64,000 nt of DNA from Eledone cirrhosa (Eukaryota): the NCBI GenBank assembly GCA_964016885.1, contig OZ024755.1, positions 27,094,001-27,158,000 on the forward strand, in the 5' to 3' direction. Positions 51,795 through 63,885 of this stretch are shown here, piece after piece. The stretch's first letter is position 1. Each line of letters opens with the position of its first letter. Both the position numbers and the translations under genes were made by a program. The notes below the pieces were generated by a model. The model did no database searches, was not told the origin of the DNA, and worked only from the letters and a program-made list of their open reading frames with translations.

Positions 51795-52755
51795 TACTAC
51801 TATATGGACCTTATCGTCTTGAAAGATGGCTGGATGGAACATATAGAAATCTGTTCAGAAGAATCAAAAACATATGCTGGAGATCACACACAACACTTGA
51901 AACTGTCTACAGAGATTTGATTCCTATATCCCTCAGACTCAAGCAAAAAAAGATGACAGTTTGCTGGTCACTGTCATCGAGCTGACAAAGAAATCATTTC
52001 ATCGTCTTGAAAGATGGCTGGATGGAACATATAGAAATCTGTTCAGAAGAATCAAAAACATAAGCTGGAGATCACACACAACACTTGAAACTATCTACAG
52101 AGATTTGATTCCTATATCCCTCAGACTCAAGCAAAAAAAGACGACAGTTTGCTGGTCACTGTCATCGAGCTGACAAAGAAATCATTTCATCGTCTTGAAA
52201 GATGGATGGATGGAACATATAGAAATCTGTTCAGAATAATCAAAAACATAAGCTGGAGATCACACACAACACTTGAAACTATCTTACAGAGATTTGATTC
52301 CTATATCCCTCAGACTCAAGCAAAAAAAGACGACAGTTTGCTGGTCACTGTCATCGAGCTGACAAAGAAATCATTTCATCGTCTTGAAAGATGGCTGGAT
52401 GGAACATATAGAAATATGTTCAGAAGAATCAAAAACATAAGCTGGAGATCACACACAACACTTGAAACTATCTACAGAGATTTAATTCCTATATCCCTCA
52501 GACTCAAGCAAAAAAAGACGAGTTTGCTGGTCACTGTCATCGAACCGACCAAGAAATCATTTCATCTCTCCTTCTGCGGCATCCCTCTGGATGTGTCTAT
52601 TCACGAAAACTGACTTTCCAAGACACCATAGCTCGGGATTCAGGGTTGGACATAAGGGATCTGGAGACAGCAATGCAAGACCAAACAGTTTGGAAAGGTA
52701 TTGTCAAGAGAATTCCAACTGCCCACAGAGAAGTTGAAGGATGATGGTGATGATG
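51795..52755 (+). mobile_element. RTE-like LINE 3' fragment (third family) with 188-bp internal quadruplication and 11-bp TSD
   Basis: LDGTYRNLFRRIKNISW...FAGHCHRADKEIISSLLL...AMQDQTVWK; TSD aaggaaggcag at 51784-51794 and 52756-52766. Confidence 0.8.
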
Positions 52756-52867
52756 AAGGAAGGCAGCATTTTAACACTGAAATGTAATTACAAACTTGTA
52801 GTAGTGGTAGTTATGTGCCATATACTTCAAAACTACAATTACTTCTGCTGCTACTACTGATAATATT

Positions 52868-53050
52868 TGCTTCTACTTATAGCACAAGGCCAGCAATTAC
52901 CCCAGTGAATTACTGGTGCTTTATTTTATCAACCCCGTAAGGATGAAAGGCAAAGTTAAACTCGATGGGATTTGAACTCAGACCGTAAAGGGCCGTAACT
53001 CTATGCTGCAAAGCATGGCGTCCGACCCTCTACCAATACTGCCAATCCAC
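52868..53050 (-). mobile_element. SINE family A
   Basis: Reverse complement of the family consensus. Confidence 0.78.
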
Positions 53051-53338
53051 TTCCCTACTACTAATAATAATGTCACAAATAGTAGTAGAAATACGGATGT
53101 TAGAACCGTTGATTATGGTGCTGACCTTGGGCTAAATACCAAAAGCAACCAAATAATCTCATTGCTTTTGAATAATTTAGATATATGTAATCAATGTTTT
53201 ACCTCCTGTTGATAGGCAGCTGAATTGTTCTGCAAATTTCTACATTCATAGAAATTATTAGTAGCAAGTTATTATTGCTCTTTTAATTTTTTTTTTTTTT
53301 CGCATTTTGTAATTGTGAATTTCTATTGTACTCTATGG

Positions 53339-53543
53339 CAGGCATGTCAAACTGAGGGTTCCCTGAGGGCCACATGGGTCACATATGTGTTGTCTGAGGG
53401 TCACACACCACAACTAATTGCACACATTACAACTAATTTTACAAAAATAAAACATGCTCGCATTGTAAAAACCTTTGTGCAGGCCGCAGGTGTGCTTGTA
53501 AAGAGCTGCTTGTGGCCTGCGGGGTGCTTGTTTGACATGCCTG
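53339..53543. mobile_element. hAT-type MITE
   Basis: 14-bp TIR caggcatgtcaaac/gtttgacatgcctg; 8-bp TSD ctctatgg/ttctatgg. Confidence 0.8.
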
Positions 53544-53706
53544 TTCTATGGGATCAAACATCTCGTTTAGTAGTGGCTGACCTTTGGCTAAACTCCAACA
53601 ACGACACTAACAACAATATGTAGTCGCCACACACCTATATGTTGTCACTTGACTTGTTAGATACAGCTGTTAAATATCACCCAAGAAGGAAGGGGGACAC
53701 ATTGGA

Positions 53707-53944
53707 TTAACTCTGTAGCGTTTAAACTGGCCATATCCGGCCAGAATTTTCTCAACTCTTTCTGTTCAAACCAGCTATAACCAGCCACAACCAGCTGCTC
53801 ATACTCATATTAAAGTATTGTTCTCAAAATAAATATCAAAGTCCCATAGATTCGGTATTATGTGAGATAAATACATAAGATAAAGCCTTTACTGGGAAAA
53901 TATAATTGTATATATATATAGTAATGTAAATACTAGGGGGTTAA
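53707..53944. mobile_element. piggyBac-type MITE
   Basis: Degenerate TIRs and family body. Confidence 0.72.
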
Positions 53945-54210
53945 GATGTCTTATATATGTGCAAAATAAGATGGTGATGACTGGAAGATCATAGGTCTAC
54001 TTAGTTGGACATACTGGCTTAGCTTTAATAAGATGGTGATGACTGGAATACATTTGATCATAGGTCAACATAGTCAGACATACTGACTTAGCTTTAAACT
54101 ACAACAATTGAAAATAAAATAATTTCTTTTTGTAAAATTTCTTTACCATTTTATTTTCATTTGTTTCTTTCTTTTTCTTCTGATAGTTAAATATTGTATG
54201 TTACTTGCAG

Positions 54211-54266
54211 GTGTCAGTGTGAGAAATATCCAAGCTTTTCAGGTACTCCAATCAGTATTTCTTAAG
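54211..54266 (+). CDS. WDFY3: WDFY3 short coding exon (GVSVRNIQAFQVLQSVFLK)
   Basis: ttgcag acceptor and gtaaat donor; 56 nt; matches the SVRNxQAFxVLQxxFLK motif; not in the ORF track. Confidence 0.92.
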
Positions 54267-55968
54267 GTAAATATCATTTATCTATTTAACCCTTCTCAGT
54301 ATTTCTATTTTCTTGTAGATTTTCCAAAACATCTGGATTTTGAGAAAGATTCTTAACACAAGTAGTGTTTAATTCTGAATTGTTTAGCACTAATTATAAT
54401 TATCTTGACACAGTAAAGGAGGCTCTAAGTGGCCAATAACTTTGTTAGAAGTAGTACCCAGCCAAATACTCCTCAAATTATATTTTAGTTGTGTGGTTAA
54501 GAAGTTTGTTTCATGAAGTAGGGACCCTTCCATTGTTTAGGTTTATCTACTGCCAGCATGCTATATATAAAGAGCTTAGTATGCCATGGTTGATAGTGTA
54601 TAGGCGTGCACTGAGATTATGTCATCTTCAGATATTCCTGAATGGTATGGTTGCTCTGAAGTATTTTCCCCATGGCTCATCATTTACATTTAGCAAAGAC
54701 CAAGATTGAGTGCCTGGCATCTACAATGTTGTTTGGCACTCGTATGTCTCTACAAGTTGATAAATATGACCGATAGTACATCAAACTTTGTATTCTATAG
54801 ATGGTTAGTGGTGAGCAAGAATGACTAAATAATTCATAAATTCATATAGAAGTAATATTTTTTAAAATCAACCAGTCAAAAAGTCTGAATAATAAAGTTT
54901 TTTTTTTCATTTGTATATGTAAATTTAGATTGAACTAGGTAAAAAGACAATTATGAAAGGGAAAGAATGTAGCTGATTATGTTGAAACAAAGTTATTACT
55001 GGTACATATTTTATTGACATTAGAGTGTTGTAAAATATTACCAACTCAAGCAGAATTCTAACTTTGCTTGTGTAGCATAATGTTTCTTCTTGATTAGACA
55101 TACTGCCAGTTGTGAAATGCGGGGGAATGTGGCTGATTACATTGGACCAGTATATTACTGGTACTTCCAATTCACTTTAATACTTTATCGCTTGGTCAAT
55201 GGAAGGAGAACAAGACCAATATCATTTGCATAACCTCTGTGACTCGTGAAGGATGAAATAAACCATGACTTCTAGGGTTATTATAATACAAAACAGCATT
55301 TTAAGATATTGAGTTATCATCAGGCCATAAACATGGTTTGAAGGCTTACAGCAAAGTAAACATCACTACAAGCACCCAATGGTCAAGTGGTGGTTATAAA
55401 CTAGTGAAAAAATCAGATATCACTTGGCAAATTTCACTCACGAGTTTAAGTCATCTCCAGATAATAGTAGGAGAGAAGCCCAAGAAGCTGTGCACCTGGA
55501 TCAAATTGAGAATAATGTGATTGTGAAGCAAACTTTCTAATCATAAAACAATACCGTTGTCCATGTCCAATACATATAATTTTTTTGTTATACTTGAACT
55601 TCTATACTTGTTTCATAAGCAATCTGAGTTTATATATATATTGATGTTGGCTCTGTTCAGACTCACCACTTGATTATCTTTTCAATAATCTGAATAATTC
55701 CTTCATTGATACTTCAATCACAACATCTTCAAATTCCCTATCAAACATATACTTACATATTTATCTTAGTATTGGGAATAGTTCCAAACTGTTGTTGTTA
55801 GTCTGTTCTTTGTATTTAGATTCAATTCTGGTAGCATCCCAAATAAATCAATCATGTTTTATATAGAAGATGAAGAAAGAGAAGAAAAAATGCACTAAAA
55901 AAACTCACACACATACACACATATACAAATATGTGTGTATGTATATGTACACACGTACACACACACAC

Positions 55969-56001
<33 letters not shown>

Positions 56002-56088
56002 TATATATATTTATACGACAACATATAAAATCTTCTTGTAATAATACATAGCATGGGTACACAGCATTCTTATTATTTTAACTTTTAG

Positions 56089-56279
56089 GGCGGTGGATTG
56101 GCAGTATCAGTAGAGCGTCAGACACTATGCTTTGCAGGATAGAGTTATGGCCCTTTACGTTTTGAGTTCAAATCCCGCCGAGGTTAACTTTGCCTTTCAT
56201 CCTTACGGGGTTGATAAAATAAAGTACCAGTAATACACTGGGTAATTGCTGGCCTTGTGCCAAAAGTAGAAACAATTAT
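56089..56279 (+). mobile_element. SINE family A
   Basis: Full-length copy. Confidence 0.8.
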
Positions 56280-56336
56280 GTAAAATCTCCCCATTTTGCC
56301 TCATTTCTTCCTGTTTGTGTCATTTACAAAGCTTGG

Positions 56337-56495
56337 CTAGATGTGGTTCTGCCACAGCTGAACACATTGCTGTCCTTTCTCATTAAACTCTGCCAAGTCC
56401 AATGCTGTGCAGGGGTGTTCCAGCAGGGGACATATCAGGAGGCGCTGTGTAGTCTGTGGTATGATGCTGCAGTCACACACAACATCCTGCCTGCA
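56337..56495 (-). mobile_element. LINE C-terminal Cys-rich fragment
   Basis: CDCSIIPQTTQRLLICPLLEHPCTALDLAEFN resembles the CxCG..QT..H...CP knuckle. Confidence 0.5.
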
Positions 56496-56814
56496 AGTAT
56501 CTGAACTTCTTGGGCATTTGTAATCTGCCATGCAAAAACTTTTCATTCTTATTTTTAAATCCAAATGTGTGTGTGTATACACACACACACACACATACAC
56601 ACACACACACTACAGTAAACAGAAACATTTTGCCTGTAACATATTTAATAAATAATCTTTACTTAATCCACCAGTATTGAGTGCTCCACTTTTCATTCAT
56701 CATCAACAATGTGCACTCTCTCTCTCCCTCCCTCTCTCTCTCTCTCTCTCTCCCTCTCTCTCTCTCTCTCATACATAATATTTCATGGTGAAAATTATTT
56801 CTTTTTTATTCCAG

Positions 56815-56961
56815 GCCAGTTCAGTTCACCTCTGTAGTAATATTCTTGATGTCATCAATAGCATCTATCACCAAGACAATGCCAATTATTTCATTCTTGA
56901 GTCACAGCACACTCTATCTCAATTTGCTGAAAAAATTCACTTGAAACCTCCAGATATACAG
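56815..56961 (+). CDS. WDFY3: WDFY3 coding exon (ASSVHLCSNILDVI...NYFILESQHTLSQFAEKIHLKPPDIQ)
   Basis: ttccag acceptor and gtcagt donor; 147 nt. Confidence 0.95.
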
Positions 56962-57507
56962 GTCAGTATAATTAATATTTAATAGATTGTACTTTTTACT
57001 ACTTTACTTTGATGGTAAACTCCGCCAGTTGCAGACTGCGCATCAACATGAGATATTTTTCTCCACAAAGTTTGATCACCAGCAGCAGAGTTTAAAGAGC
57101 AAAGATAAAGTCCAGTCCATAAGTTGACATTATCAAGCCAATAGTAAATTGTAATTGCCTTTAATATCAAATACTGTGTGTGAGAGAGAAAGAGAGAGAG
57201 AATGCCTAACCATGTCCTAAATGTCCCTTCTTCAGGGTTTAAGGGACTTTTATGGTATTTTTACTAGTGGACAGATCATTGAGACAGTTGGCAGTAAACT
57301 AAAGACTTTCATTTTTAAAGTAATGCAGTCACAGTGCTGTTTTTTAATTTTCAAGAATATTTCACTCATGTGGTTTCATTGGATGTTATAAGTCAAAACT
57401 GAAAATAGAATAAACACACAAAAAAAAAAATGAATTGATAAAAAAAAAATTGAAAACTGTCAAAAATCTTTCTTGTTTAAATATTTATTTTTTTATATAT
57501 TTTGCAG

Positions 57508-57605
57508 CAAAAATTCTTTGAATTGTTAGAATTCATTGTATTTAATTTGAACTTTGTGCCCTGTAAAGAGCTCATCAGTCTGAGCATACTCATCAAAACT
57601 CAACA
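57508..57605 (+). CDS. WDFY3: WDFY3 coding exon (QKFFELLEFIVFNLNFVPCKELISLSILIKTQ)
   Basis: tttgcag acceptor and gtaagt donor; 98 nt. Confidence 0.93.
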
Positions 57606-58269
57606 GTAAGTAGCTACCTTTGAATTACTAGTTTTTACCACTAATTACTACAAACTAATTTCACTACATTTCATATCTCTCTCTCTCTATCTCTCTCTCT
57701 ATATATATATATTGAATTTAATGTCTGTTTAATGTCTGTTTTTCATGCTGGCATGGGTTGGACTGGTTGTAACAGACTAAGTCAGTACTTAGAGTTATTG
57801 TCCTCTCAGACGAGCTACATTTCATATTTATCTCCACAGCTAGATGCCCTTCTTATCACCAACCACTTTGTAGAGTGTACTGGGTACATTTTGTCGTGGC
57901 ACCAACATTAAGGAAGTTGTCATGTCTTTTACACAACCAAATCATCCCTTTGTATGGCATAGTTTTTACAGCTCGATACCCATTCTAACATCAACCACCT
58001 TACAGTGCATACTCTGTGCATTTTATTGTGTCATCAGCACTAGGGAAGTTCTCATGTCCTTGACACAAATGAAACGTCCTCTCAATTCTTTTGGCATGGT
58101 TTCTACGGCTGGATGTTTTTACTAATGCCAATCCCTTTATCGAGTGTACTTAGTGTATTTTATAATAACACAAACATAAGAGAGGTTGACATATAGCATG
58201 GGAGAGATTGATGCCACTGACAAGTCCTTTGAACACTTTATTAGGCTATCTATCCTGTTTCATCTCTAT

Positions 58270-58660
58270 ATGATTGGTGTTGGCGACATGACAAAAAGCA
58301 CCCAGTCCATCTGTAAAGTGATCGTGTTGGTGGCTTGACAAAAAGCACTCAGTTCAATGTAAAGTGGTTGTGCTGGTGATTCAACAAAAAGTGCCCAGTC
58401 CACCATGTAAAATGGTTGTGTTGATGACATGACAAAAAAGCACCCAGTCGTACCTGTAAGGTGGTCATGCTGGTGACACAATAAAAAGCACCCAACCGAC
58501 ACTGTAAATGTGGTTGGTGTTAGGAAGGGTATCCAGCCATAGAAACCAAACCAGAAATGAGCATGACACAGTCATCTGATTGAACTTGTCTCACAACAGG
58601 ACAACTCCTCTAACCCATGCTAGCATGGAAAATTGGACATTAAATGGTGATGATGATGAT
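58270..58660 (+). mobile_element. RTE-like LINE 3' UTR copy with about 5 diverged ~48-bp modules
   Basis: Repeated aaaaagcacccagt...tgtaaagtgg, then the family tail. Confidence 0.72.
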
Positions 58661-58708
58661 TGTATAGACACTATGTCTGATATGTACCATTCTATATTCT
58701 CTGTGCAG

Positions 58709-58869
58709 TTCCATTGAATGCAGTATTATCTGCATGAAAAGTTTGCTGAAAATATTACGCTACCATACTGTCTACAAAGATGTATTTCGAGAAGTTGGTA
58801 TGCTGGAAGTCATGGTAACATGTCTACATCGGTATGCTGCTCTTCTGAAAGATACTCAGAATGGATTTG
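58709..58869 (+). CDS. WDFY3: WDFY3 coding exon (SIECSIICMKSLLK...KDVFREVGMLEVMVTCLHRYAALLKDTQNGF)
   Basis: gtgcag acceptor and gtaatt donor; 161 nt. Confidence 0.93.
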
Positions 58870-59221
58870 GTAATTATCATTATTTTTCCTTCCTATTTCT
58901 ATTGGGTCCTCAAATATGAAATTTGTAGAAATTTGTTTGTTTTTTTTTCCTACAAATTTCATACTTGATGACCCAATATTTCTTATATTGATGGTTGTTG
59001 TTGTTGTTTAGTCCTTAGATCAGTCCTGCTTGAGTTCACCAAGCAAGACTTGGTTCCCTGACAGTTTCATCTCAGACTGTGACAACTTGTCCAAACTTTA
59101 CCAACATGGAAAGCAGATGTAAAATGACAGTGATGATATATAATATAGTGCATTGGTATCATGTAATATCGCTTATTATATATATAATAAGTTTAATAAT
59201 GTAATTATAACAGCATAACAA

Positions 59222-59610
59222 TCATCACCATTTTATATTCGCTTTTCCCTGCTTGCAGGGGTTGGGCAGGTCCTCTTCAGCACAACATCTCCCCACTCAT
59301 CACAGTCCTTCGTCATCTCCTCTGTGAGTTTGTGATCTGTGGTCAGCTCTCACCACCTCCACCTATGTTTTCCATGGTCTTCCTCTACTGTGTCTTCCTT
59401 CCACTGAGATTACTTGATACTTCTTCACCCAGAGGTTATCATCCATGCATATCACATGGTCATACCAACGTAGTCTTCTCTCCTGCACATTACAGCTTAT
59501 TCCTCTTATACACAGTTTCTCTCTCAACTTGTCTATGCTTGGTCGTTCACACACATTGACATTACACATCCATCAAAGCATGCTTGCTTCATTTCTCTCC
59601 AATATTCCTG
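59222..59610 (-). mobile_element. RTE-like LINE 3' fragment
   Basis: ORF 59363..59569: LREKLCIRGISCNVQERRLRWYDHV...GRGRPWKT-like. A related + strand fragment lies at about 29500-29760. Confidence 0.75.
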
Positions 59611-59685
59611 CTTAAAGTGTTAGAAAGATGTTTTCTGGATTGTAAGTACTAGGAATCAAAACTATCTTTTTATTATCTATTCTAG

Positions 59686-59778
59686 AACATGAGGAAATAT
59701 CAGAAGAGCAAATGACATTGGGATTCTACGTCATGGAAGCTTTAGCAACTCTGCTGAATGGCAATAGTGCCAATGCAA
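59686..59778 (+). CDS. WDFY3: WDFY3 coding exon (EHEEISEEQMTLGFYVMEALATLLNGNSANA)
   Basis: ttctag acceptor and gtaagt donor; 93 nt; phase-compatible with both neighbours. Confidence 0.9.
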
Positions 59779-60160
59779 GTAAGTATTTCTTTGATGGTTG
59801 TTATGTGAATTTACAAAGTATATCTAAGAGCTCTTTATGTAATATGGTATTCTTTTTATAAAACCCTATACCATTTTTGTAGGCTATTGTTATTCAACTG
59901 AGTTAAATTTCTTATCATAAAACCAGATTTTGGGGGTTTTTTTTCTAATATTGGTAGTAAATTAGCAGAAGCATTCGAATATCAACAAAAATACCTTGTG
60001 GTATTTATTCCAACCTCTTGTATTCTGAGTTTGAATCCTGTCAAAGTCAATTATACCTTTCATCTTTCCAGGGTCCATAAATAAAATACCTATCTTTACT
60101 GGTAAACTTGGAGAATCGGTAGAGTATCAGATATGATGCTCTACAGTATTTATTCTGAGT

Positions 60161-60378
60161 TTAACCCTTTAGCATTATTATTATATTTTTATGGTAAAGG
60201 CTTTACCTCATATAATTATCTCACATAATATCGAATCTATGAGATTTTGATTTGGCTATTATTCATTTTGAGAACAATACCTTAATGTCAGTATAAGTGG
60301 CCAGTTATGGCTGGTTTGAACAGAAGGAGGTGAGAGAATTCTGGCTGGATATGGCCAGTTTAAATGTTAACGGGTTAA
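60161..60378. mobile_element. piggyBac-type MITE
   Basis: Family TIRs and body; interrupts an old SINE. Confidence 0.75.
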
Positions 60379-60631
60379 ATCTTACCATAGCTTACTTGAA
60401 TGAAGATATAATTGGTCACCCAGTTTAACACCACCACCTGTCTATTGGAATCATTCAGGTTGGTTCTTTGTTTTGAGGGTGACTTCCTTTCTCCTTCCCT
60501 CCAGTCTTGGAGGCCCTAAAAAGCGTCATGAACATTGTTCTCCTCTCCCTGACTAAACATAAAAAAAAAAATAAATGTTAGCATTAGAGATTTCAATTTC
60601 TGGCTTATTTCTTTGATTTTCTTCTTTGCAG

Positions 60632-60825
60632 GTGTGTTCCATGAGTGTGGAGGAGCACGATGTGCTCATAATATGGTGCCTTATGTTGATTGCCAGCACC
60701 AAGCCCTTAACATTGTCCAGCAGCTGGTTCTGTCTCCTGGAGGTGATGATGACATGGGCACACTGTTAGGACTCATGCACACAGCACCCGTAACTGCACT
60801 GCAACTTAAAACTCACATATTAAAG
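60632..60825 (+). CDS. WDFY3: WDFY3 coding exon (VFHECGGARCAHNMV...GDDDMGTLLGLMHTAPVTALQLKTHILK)
   Basis: tttgcag acceptor and gtatgg donor; 194 nt. Confidence 0.95.
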
Positions 60826-61111
60826 GTATGGCAGAAAAATCCAGATATATCTATGCCTGTTTTTGTTTATTTTTTATTTCTTTAGATAAATTGAGGATTT
60901 TTTTAATGAGACAGTCTTTATGTTCTATCCTATTTATAAGTCAATCAACCATGTAGCTTTTTTAATTTTTCATGAATTGTCATAATATTTGTTAGTTTCA
61001 ATTAAATGATTTTTGAATATAAGTTAATGGAAGAGTTTTTATACTGATGGCTACTTTTCCCACTAACCATTAGATGTGGCATTTACTAAAAGCTATAATA
61101 ATTGAAGCAAG

Positions 61112-61524
61112 TTAACCCTTTAGCATTTACATTATCCTATATATACTATTGTATTTTCATGGCAAAGCCTTTATCTCACATAATATGGAATCTATGAGAT
61201 TTTGATGTTATTTATTTTGATGTTAATACCTTAACATCAGTATGAGTGGCCAGTTACAGTAAGTTTGAACAGAAAAAGGTGAGAGAATTCTGGCTGGATA
61301 CAGCTGGTTTAAATGCTTAACCCTTTAGCATTTACATCACTCTATATATACTATTGTATTTTCATGGCAAAGCCTTTATCTTACATAAAATGGAATCTAT
61401 GAGATTTTGATGTTAATACCTTAACATCAGTATGAGTGGCCTGTTGCAGCCGGTTTGAACAGAAAAAGGTGAGAGAATTCTGACCAGATACAGCTGGTTT
61501 TTATGCTAAAGGGTTAAAGGTTAA
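61112..61524. mobile_element. Two piggyBac-type MITEs, the second (61317-61517) within the right TIR of the first
   Basis: taaatgc-TTAA-[MITE]-TTAA-aggttaa. Confidence 0.78.
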
Positions 61525-61584
61525 ATAATGTAAGAGCATCATTGTTTTAGCCAAATAATATATTTGTTGCTCATTATTTTGTAG

Positions 61585-61723
61585 TCTCTGCTGAACGTTC
61601 TACGTGAAAGCCATCGTACAAGAACAGTGTTTCGTAAAGTTGGAGGATTTGTGTACGTGATGTCGGTGCTTGTGTCAATGGAAGGATGTTTATCTGAACC
61701 TCCTAAGTCACCATGGCACTCAG
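61585..61723 (+). CDS. WDFY3: WDFY3 coding exon (SLLNVLRESHRTRTVFRKVGGFVYVMSVLVSMEGCLSEPPKSPWHS)
   Basis: ttgtag acceptor and gtaagt donor; 139 nt. Confidence 0.95.
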
Positions 61724-62109
61724 GTAAGTTACACTACTACTACTATTTCATTAGAAATACTGTAATGAATGACTTAAAGATACATCTGCACATGTACTCC
61801 TATTTATCTATGTATATGCACACATCCACACATAAAAGCATGTATACACATATACATACACCAACCCTTACCATCATCATCATTTTATGCCTGGTTTTCA
61901 TGGTGGCATGGCTTGGACGGTTTCTTACAATCCAGGTCAATTTTTATTCAGTGTTACTGCCTTCTTAGGCAAATGAGGGACCATGTCGTATCATGATTTA
62001 GCTTTCCTACCACCAACCACATTACACAGTTTACTGACTTTGCACCAACACTAGAAAGGTTTATTCAGTACCTTGTAAATGAAATTTATACATGTAATGA
62101 TGGTTGTGA

Positions 62110-62500
62110 TGGTGACAACAAAAATCACCCAGCCCACACTGTAAAGTGGTTGTGTAGGCGTCTCAGCAAAAAGTGTCCTGCCCACACTGTAAAGTGGTTG
62201 TGTAGGCGTCTCGACAAAAAGTGTCCTGCCCACACTGTAAAGTGGTCATGATGGCAACACGGTAAAAAGTGCCCATCCACACTGTAAAGTGGTCGTGTAG
62301 GCGTCTTGGCAAAAAATACCCAGTACTCACTGTAAATGAGGTTGGCGTTAGGAAGGGCATCCAGCTGTAGAAACCAAGCCAGAAATAGGTTCTGTATGAG
62401 CAAGACATAGTCATCTGACCTGATATTGCTCACAACAGGACAACTCGTCTAACCCATGCCAGTGTAGAAAAATGGACGTCAAACAGTGATGATAATGATG
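62110..62500 (+). mobile_element. RTE-like LINE 3' UTR copy with about 5 ~48-bp modules
   Basis: cccacactgtaaagtggttgtgtaggcgtc repeats, then the family tail. Confidence 0.75.
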
Positions 62501-62781
62501 AATGATAATCCAAGGTGTATGTTGTAATTTGGCCATTACTGCTGACTCACCAGTGAGAAGGTGTCATGGTTGAAACACCCAATGCATGTTGGACATTGCC
62601 TGATGACACCAACACCTCCTGGCTCAGGCTATGTTCACTGAAGGTTAATGAATGTGAGGTATCTTCTTGAAGATGTACATTATCGCTTATATATAGTGAT
62701 TGTGTGTAAACAAAGATTTTTATATTTGTATTGAATATTGTATCTTCTGTATCTTACTGTTGTATTTTCTATCTATTTTAG

Positions 62782-62882
62782 TTGATAGAGAAGAAATTTT
62801 AACAATGTTAAAAACAGTCTTTAATACACTGACAGTTGCCATGCGATATGAACCTGCAAATGCTAAATTCTTCTCAACTGAG
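62782..62882 (+). CDS. WDFY3: WDFY3 coding exon (VDREEILTMLKTVFNTLTVAMRYEPANAKFFSTE)
   Basis: ttttag acceptor and gtaagc donor; 101 nt. Confidence 0.94.
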
Positions 62883-63017
62883 GTAAGCAAAATAAATATT
62901 TAGTTTTGAAAGGAGATATTTTATATTTTTTATTTTTCTTCTGCACATAAAATACAATATATTTCTCTACTTTGCCCAAGGTTTTCTTATTCATGTCTTT
63001 TCTCTTTACATTTCTAG

Positions 63018-63181
63018 GTTCGGTATGATAGTTTAACAGAAGCTGCACGTCTACTTGGCTGTTTTTCCAATACCATTGACATTTTACCAGATTCAGAAGA
63101 TACAAATCAAAAGGAAACTCAGTCTATCTCAGATTCCATTGCCATTTTTGAAGACTTCTTCAATCATGTTAAAGATAGCAA
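63018..63181 (+). CDS. WDFY3: WDFY3 coding exon (VRYDSLTEAARLLGCFSNT...FFNHVKDS)
   Basis: ttctag acceptor and gtaaga donor; 164 nt. Confidence 0.9.
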
Positions 63182-63768
63182 GTAAGATTCTGTCTTCATT
63201 TCTAAAAAAAATTGTTTCTTGTTTTATTTTATATTGATGATTCAAGAGGAAGGGGAGTTTTCATAACTCTTTTCAGTTCCCACAAATCTGGAAGGGAGGG
63301 AAAGAAAGAGTAAGATATTGTTAAACTGGGGACCTGGTCTGAAAGCTTGCAACAGTTTGGACTCTACGAATAGCACCCAAAGGAGAGTTCATGGTGTTAA
63401 ACTGGACAACAGATTGAGACAACCACTCTAGAATTCAGAACATAAAAAGTGAGAACTAATACCACATGGCATCCCATCTAATGCTCTTAATGATCATGCC
63501 AGTCTCTCTTGCCTAGATTTAAAGATCATTGGCTACACAACATCTCATGTGAAAACCTTAATTTGAACTCACTTTGTCTTTCAGATTAAGTTCTTTGGCT
63601 GTTGTAGCTAAATTCTTTTAAAAATATGTAACATGGCAAAAGTAAAAATTCCTTGAAAAATTTAGTCATTTATGTTTTTCCTTATCAATAAACCATGAAA
63701 CTTTCCATTTATTATGTTATTTCATACAGTTTGACTTATGTTTGATTTGTATTTTCTATATTTTTCAG

Positions 63769-63855
63769 AACCAAGCATCTTATACCCTTGACACTTCAAT
63801 CAGCCTGTTTGATGATACGCTTTTTTTATGATATGGCTTTAGATTCCTTTGATCG
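63769..63855 (+). CDS. WDFY3: WDFY3 coding exon (TKHLIPLTLQSACLMIRFFYDMALDSFD)
   Basis: tttcag acceptor and gtatgt donor; 87 nt; ends in the conserved AxDSFD motif. Confidence 0.9.
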
Positions 63856-63885
63856 GTATGTTAACATTTTAATACTAATCACAGT

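Larger units (their letters stand above)
43027..63855 (+). other. WDFY3: WDFY3/Alfy/blue cheese gene, partial (15 coding exons; 5' and 3' ends outside the window)
   Basis: Fifteen GT-AG exons have mutually compatible phases and splice to an open frame of 2186 nt. Motifs recalled from the WDFY3 N-terminus are present in the expected order: LMVTEIRRRASN, PSTLVKCLYLFFDLP, NYFILESQHTLSQFAEKI, GDDDMGTLLGLMH, RESHRTRTVFRKVGGFVY, AMRYEPAN. Confidence 0.96.

Noticed and set aside
61724-61968. ORF-track extensions beyond WDFY3 exons (also 47665-47768, 51455-51531 and 60826-60885)
   Set aside because: These are read-through into introns past clear GT donors, and similarity to WDFY3 stops at the donor.
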